The position numbers were made by a program, and so were the translations under genes. Below, piece by piece: positions 60,335 through 64,000 of a stretch of DNA of 64,000 nt. Within the stretch, counting starts at the first letter, position 1. Each line of letters starts with the position of its first letter. This DNA comes from Candidatus Bathyarchaeia archaeon (GTDB lineage Archaea; Thermoproteota; Bathyarchaeia; Bathyarchaeales; Bathycorpusculaceae), in NCBI GenBank assembly GCA_049515895.1, contig JBEKTQ010000015.1:25436-89435 (forward strand). Direction: 5' to 3'. The notes beneath the pieces were generated by a model, which was given only the letters and a program-made list of their open reading frames with translations, was not told where the DNA came from and ran no database searches.

Positions 60335-61661
60335 ATGGACAGTAGAAATCTCTTAAGAAATGTCGGAAAAGTTCAAGTTCTCTTAGACACAAACAGTTTC
60401 GATTTATTAATTGCTCAGAGAAATAGGGTTGCTCTTGCTATCTTGGGACACAATAACTCTGAACTCCTAGAGTTTGTTAGAACCCCACTTATTACGATCT
60501 CAGAAGAATTGCAGAAAATCCCTGAATATGGATTTGAATTGGATGCTGATGCATGGATAAAAGGAATATCAATTTTAAGGGCTAACTGTGCTCGAAGAGT
60601 ACATTTTGGCTATAGTAAAGAAAGCATTTTATCAATTGCCAAAGTAATATTTGGAAAGGCTGAAGTGACCGACCAAGAATTCGAAAGAGTATTATTGATT
60701 TTTGTTCAAGCGACTCTAATAGATTTGAATAGGCATGAAACGCATATTTTCATTACAAATGACCCTGTTTTGCTCAAAAAAAGAATTTGGTTTGAGTCGC
60801 ATTTTCCTGGCGGACAATTAAACGTTATGTCAAGCGAAGAAGCTTCTGTATTTTTTGACATTTATTTTAAGAAAAAAGAAAAATACCTCATCTCTGCCGA
60901 TTTTAGCCTAAATAAGGGTTATTGGTATCTTCTTTCCATGAGACTGAAGCTTTCTCATTACAACGTTGGCGACTCTATGATAGATGCCTTATCTCAGAGA
61001 TTTGAATATTCCCTCATGGCTTTAGACGAAATTGGAATTCAGTTTTGGTCAGGCACAAACAATGACACAATGGATAATACGCTATATCATTTCAACTATT
61101 TAGTCTCTTTAATGACGGGTATATTTGATAATCTTGCTTTGAAGACGAACACTCAGTTAGGTATTGCTTTTGACGACTTGCGTAAGGTTTGCATCAATAA
61201 TCACGGTGGTAGAGAATTTCTACGAGAAATAAGGGGTAAAAATCAAGCACTTAGAGACCACATTAGTAATTACATGAGTTTCATTAACCTAATCTATGAA
61301 TTTAGGGAATTAGTAATACATCGCGAGGGCTTAGCTAACACGGCGTTTGAGAACCGAGGTGAAAACTGGAAAGCCAATTTTATCAGAGTAAACATAGAAG
61401 TTAGAGAAAGGCTGAGAACTTGCGGAGATGTTCCTAGCGAGTTTGACCCCCTATACAATGTGGGGTTTTTATGGGTTGCATGATATGTTTTTGCTTGAAC
61501 CCTACCATTTCGCTTTAGAAGCTATCAAAAAACTCGCAGTCTTTGTTGATAAGTACCTTGAATTGCTTCGTTTTGCGTCATTCATCGCTATTGCAAGAAC
61601 TAAAGGTGACGATTTTACTAAAACCTTGAGTGCATTTGAAGAACGTCATCTAGGTTTTTGA
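60335..61661 (+). pseudogene. PIN-like + HEPN domain protein, +1 frameshift in a C5 run (pseudogene or sequencing error)
   Basis: VLLDTNSF and FITNDPVL (PIN-like), YHFNYL...IFDNLA and RELVIH (R-x4-H); removing one C at 61447-61451 gives EFDPYTMWGF and joins ORF 61428-61661. Confidence 0.6.
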
Positions 61662-61980
61662 TTATTGTTAGTCGACTAATTATTTCTCTAATTGCTTAAG
61701 ATAGAATTATTGTATCTATAACAATCCTTCTTTTCTCTGTTAGTTTTTCAGCTTGCTGTTGCAAAAAAAGAGTCCTTAGGCGCAAAAGGTTGTAAACTTG
61801 CTTACCAAATTTGTTCGCTACCTGATGTGTTTTTGCTTTTCAGTTGCTTTAGTTATTATCGGTTGGCTTTTCAGGGTCTTGGGGTTGCCAAAAAAACAGC
61901 TTTCTGATTACTATTGTGCATACACAGAGTAATTCTTTTGTTTCTCTTCTAAAGAAGAGTCTATTGAAAAGTTCCTAACC

Positions 61981-62316
61981 CGGTCGCAAATCGTCATCGG
62001 TGCTCGAGAAGACAAGGAAGCCTCGCCAGACTGGTACGCTGTCGACGTCGCCTTGGCCGCAGAAAATATGATTCTTGCTGCGCAGGGTGAGGGCTTAGGT
62101 ACCTGTTGCGTGGGAAGCTTCGATGAGAAGGAGGTCCGGGAAACCGTCAACGCTCCAAACAACTTTGAGGTCCTTCTGCTTTTGGCGTTAAGTTACACGA
62201 AGGAAAATCTTGACATGGCAGGCAAGCTTTTGTACTTGACGCGACCAAGAAAAAGCCTGAGCGAAATCGTCAGCGAGGAAGAGTTCGGCATGCCTTTGGC
62301 AGCAAAGCAGGCTTAG
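61981..62316 (+). pseudogene. Nitroreductase family C-terminal fragment
   Basis: WYAVDVALAAENMILAAQGEGLGTCCVGSFDE...RPRKSL; in-frame stop at 61930-61932 and no N-terminal RRS motif. Confidence 0.75.
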
Positions 62317-62318
62317 CG

Positions 62319-63392
62319 TTATAGCAGAGTCTTCTGCTTCTCCGTCGAAACCAAGCTGGATACTCTGACGCCGATGAGCCTCACTTTACGATCTCGGCGC
62401 AAGTAATAAGAAAGCAATTCTTTTTCGGTTTTTTGCAGGTCATAGAGGCGATTAGTCAAGAAGGGCAAGGTGCGGCTTTTTGTGTGGGTTTCGAAGTTTT
62501 CGTAACGAATCTTTAACGTGACAGTTTTGAAAAGCAAGCGTTGATCTTCAACTTCTTTTTGGACGCCTATGCAGAGTCCTTCTAAAGCTTGGATAATAGC
62601 CGTGGAGTCAGCATTGTCGACCTCGAACGTGGTTTCGTGGCTTACGCTTTTGACACCAACTCGCTCCTCAACCTCGCTTCGGTCGATGCCCCTCGCCATC
62701 AAATGCAATTGCCAACCCATCACACCAAACATCGACGCCAAAGCTGAAGCATCGTGGCGTGCCAAGTCTCCAATCGTGTTTACTCCCAAACCTTTGAGTT
62801 TCTCCTCGGTTTTGCGTCCGACCCACAGCAGCTTGCGAACAGACAAGGGGGCAAGAAACCCTTCAGCATCTTCTTCCCTTACGATTGTTAACCCATCGGG
62901 CTTCTGAAAGTCGCTGGCGATTTTGGCTACGATCTTGTTGGGGCCTACGCCGATGGAGCAAGTCAGGTTTTCTTTCAACTTGATCTCAGCTTTGATCTTT
63001 GCAGCCAACTTCTCTGCTTCAACGAAATCCTTTACGCGATCAGACACATCTAAAAAAGCTTCATCAATTCCCCACTGCTCGAACTTGCCCGCGTACTGCC
63101 ATGCTATAGCCATGATTTCACTTGAAACCTTAATGTATAACGGAAAATTCGGCGGCAAGTAAACCGCCTCTGGACATAGACGCCAAGCCTGCGAAATCGG
63201 CATACCCGAACGGACACCAACCTTTCTAGCCTCATAGTTGCTTGTGCTAACGACACCTCTGCCCTTGCCGCCCTTTGGATCCGCTCCCACAACCACGGGT
63301 TTGCCTCGGATTTCAGGTCGCTCCCTTTCCTCAACCGCTGTATAAAAGTGATCCATATCTAAGTGAAAAATAACCCGCTGCTTGTCGGTCAT
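62319..63392 (-). CDS. dinB: Y-family DNA polymerase IV
   Basis: HLDMDHFY, YEAR-GV-SGMP, GIDEAFLD, AKIASDFQKPDG, RLIGVRVS; ATG at 63392. Confidence 0.95.
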   Translation of the reverse strand: MTDKQRVIFHLDMDHFYTAVEERERPEIRGKPVVVGADPKGGKGRGVVSTSNYEARKVGVRSGMPISQAWRLCPEAVYLPPNFPLYIKVSSEIMAIAWQYAGKFEQWGIDEAFLDVSDRVKDFVEAEKLAAKIKAEIKLKENLTCSIGVGPNKIVAKIASDFQKPDGLTIVREEDAEGFLAPLSVRKLLWVGRKTEEKLKGLGVNTIGDLARHDASALASMFGVMGWQLHLMARGIDRSEVEERVGVKSVSHETTFEVDNADSTAIIQALEGLCIGVQKEVEDQRLLFKTVTLKIRYENFETHTKSRTLPFLTNRLYDLQKTEKELLSYYLRRDRKVRLIGVRVSSLVSTEKQKTLL

Positions 63393-63819
63393 GCATACCA
63401 ATGAGATCTTGTGCTGCTCAAAATTTGAACCTATCGAAAAAAGTATGTGTATAACCAGTACTCCTAGAGGGCCTTTCAACCCTTTAAAGGAAACCTAATT
63501 GGCAAACAGGAATCGAGAAAATTCATTTGATCAAAAGAAGAAGACGCTTGGTGGTAGCACTCTTCTTCTTCTACTTAACACTGTTATGTCTTGAACAATG
63601 GCAGTTCCTTGGGCAACTCAAGCTTAAAAGAGCAACGCAAATGCTTGTCGTTGTCCTTCTCCGCTTCTTAACTGAATCTTCGACAAAAAAACCTGTGGAA
63701 AAAATAGCCGTAATAGAGCGAAAAAAGACAACAAGGTTTCGCCATGCATAGGCCAAACAAGAATCGCGCACATCACGCCGACAAGTGCTCACTCAAATAT
63801 CGCTCAAACACCATCTAGA

Positions 63820-64000
63820 GGGCACGACATCTCAGGCGATTGGTGGCCGCAGGCTGAGCTGATCGACCGAAGTCTTCCAGCTTACACCCCGGCTCCATCA
63901 AACCCATCTTTTATGGGAGCCTTCGTCCCGGTTAAACGGGAATGGCTGCCTCTTTTCGGGAGAGGCTTCGAGCTTAGATGCTTTCAGCTCTTATCCACAA
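63820..64000 (-). rRNA. rrl: 23S rRNA, 3' end (continues beyond window; 3' boundary approximate)
   Basis: Minus strand reads GGATAAGAGCTGAAAGCATCTAAGC...GGGTTTGATGG...GGGGTGTAAG, the conserved domain VI of the large-subunit rRNA. Confidence 0.93.

Noticed and set aside
60040-61910. Possible terminal inverted repeats (AATCAGAAA / TTTCTGATT) around the PIN-HEPN gene
   Set aside because: Only 9 bp in AT-rich DNA, no target duplication or transposase.
538-63334. Numerous 60-180 aa ORFs antisense to or nested in well-supported genes
   Set aside because: Shadow frames with no motifs, explained by codon bias of the real genes.
63527-63792. Short ORFs behind the 23S gene, including a minus frame reading CSFKLELPKELP
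   Set aside because: Lies in the rRNA trailer, short and without a clear start; cannot support a gene call.

Overview
Archaeal chromosomal window, most consistent with Bathyarchaeia (inference from SepF, psmB-aCPSF1, rpp21-yhbY, frequent TTG/GTG starts, histidine-kinase relics and a 23S rRNA with no 5S directly behind it). In order: (1) sucD 3' part, then a compact quinone-respiration cassette (cytochrome b5-Tat-Rieske fusion, cytochrome b with a His-to-Lys change at a heme ligand, membrane cupredoxin, quinone-type methyltransferase, convergent menA); (2) rpp21-yhbY; (3) a ~37 kb surface-glycan locus (rfbABCD, flippase, ugd, galU, gmd/fcl, amino-sugar tailoring, many GT2/GT4, three GT-C-like membrane proteins, a processive GT2 synthase paired with a DUF3131 protein, four methyltransferases), with an AT-rich core; (4) a histidine-kinase relic and a ~210 bp tract with strict 10-bp periodicity; (5) a complete NHEJ operon (Prim-Pol, Ku, Ligase-PE) coupled to DUF72, with a divergent SSB-like gene; (6) DEAD-box helicase with a structured leader, YHS protein, aquaporin, DUF1015 and class V aminotransferase, SepF, aCPSF1, psmB; (7) a frameshifted PIN-like/HEPN gene, nitroreductase fragment, DinB, and the 3' end of 23S rRNA. 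Best novelty candidates: the atypical Rieske/cyt b cassette, the NHEJ-DUF72 operon, the GT2-DUF3131 pair, the 10-bp phased tract and the PIN-HEPN gene. All family calls are by-eye motif recognition; no searches were run.
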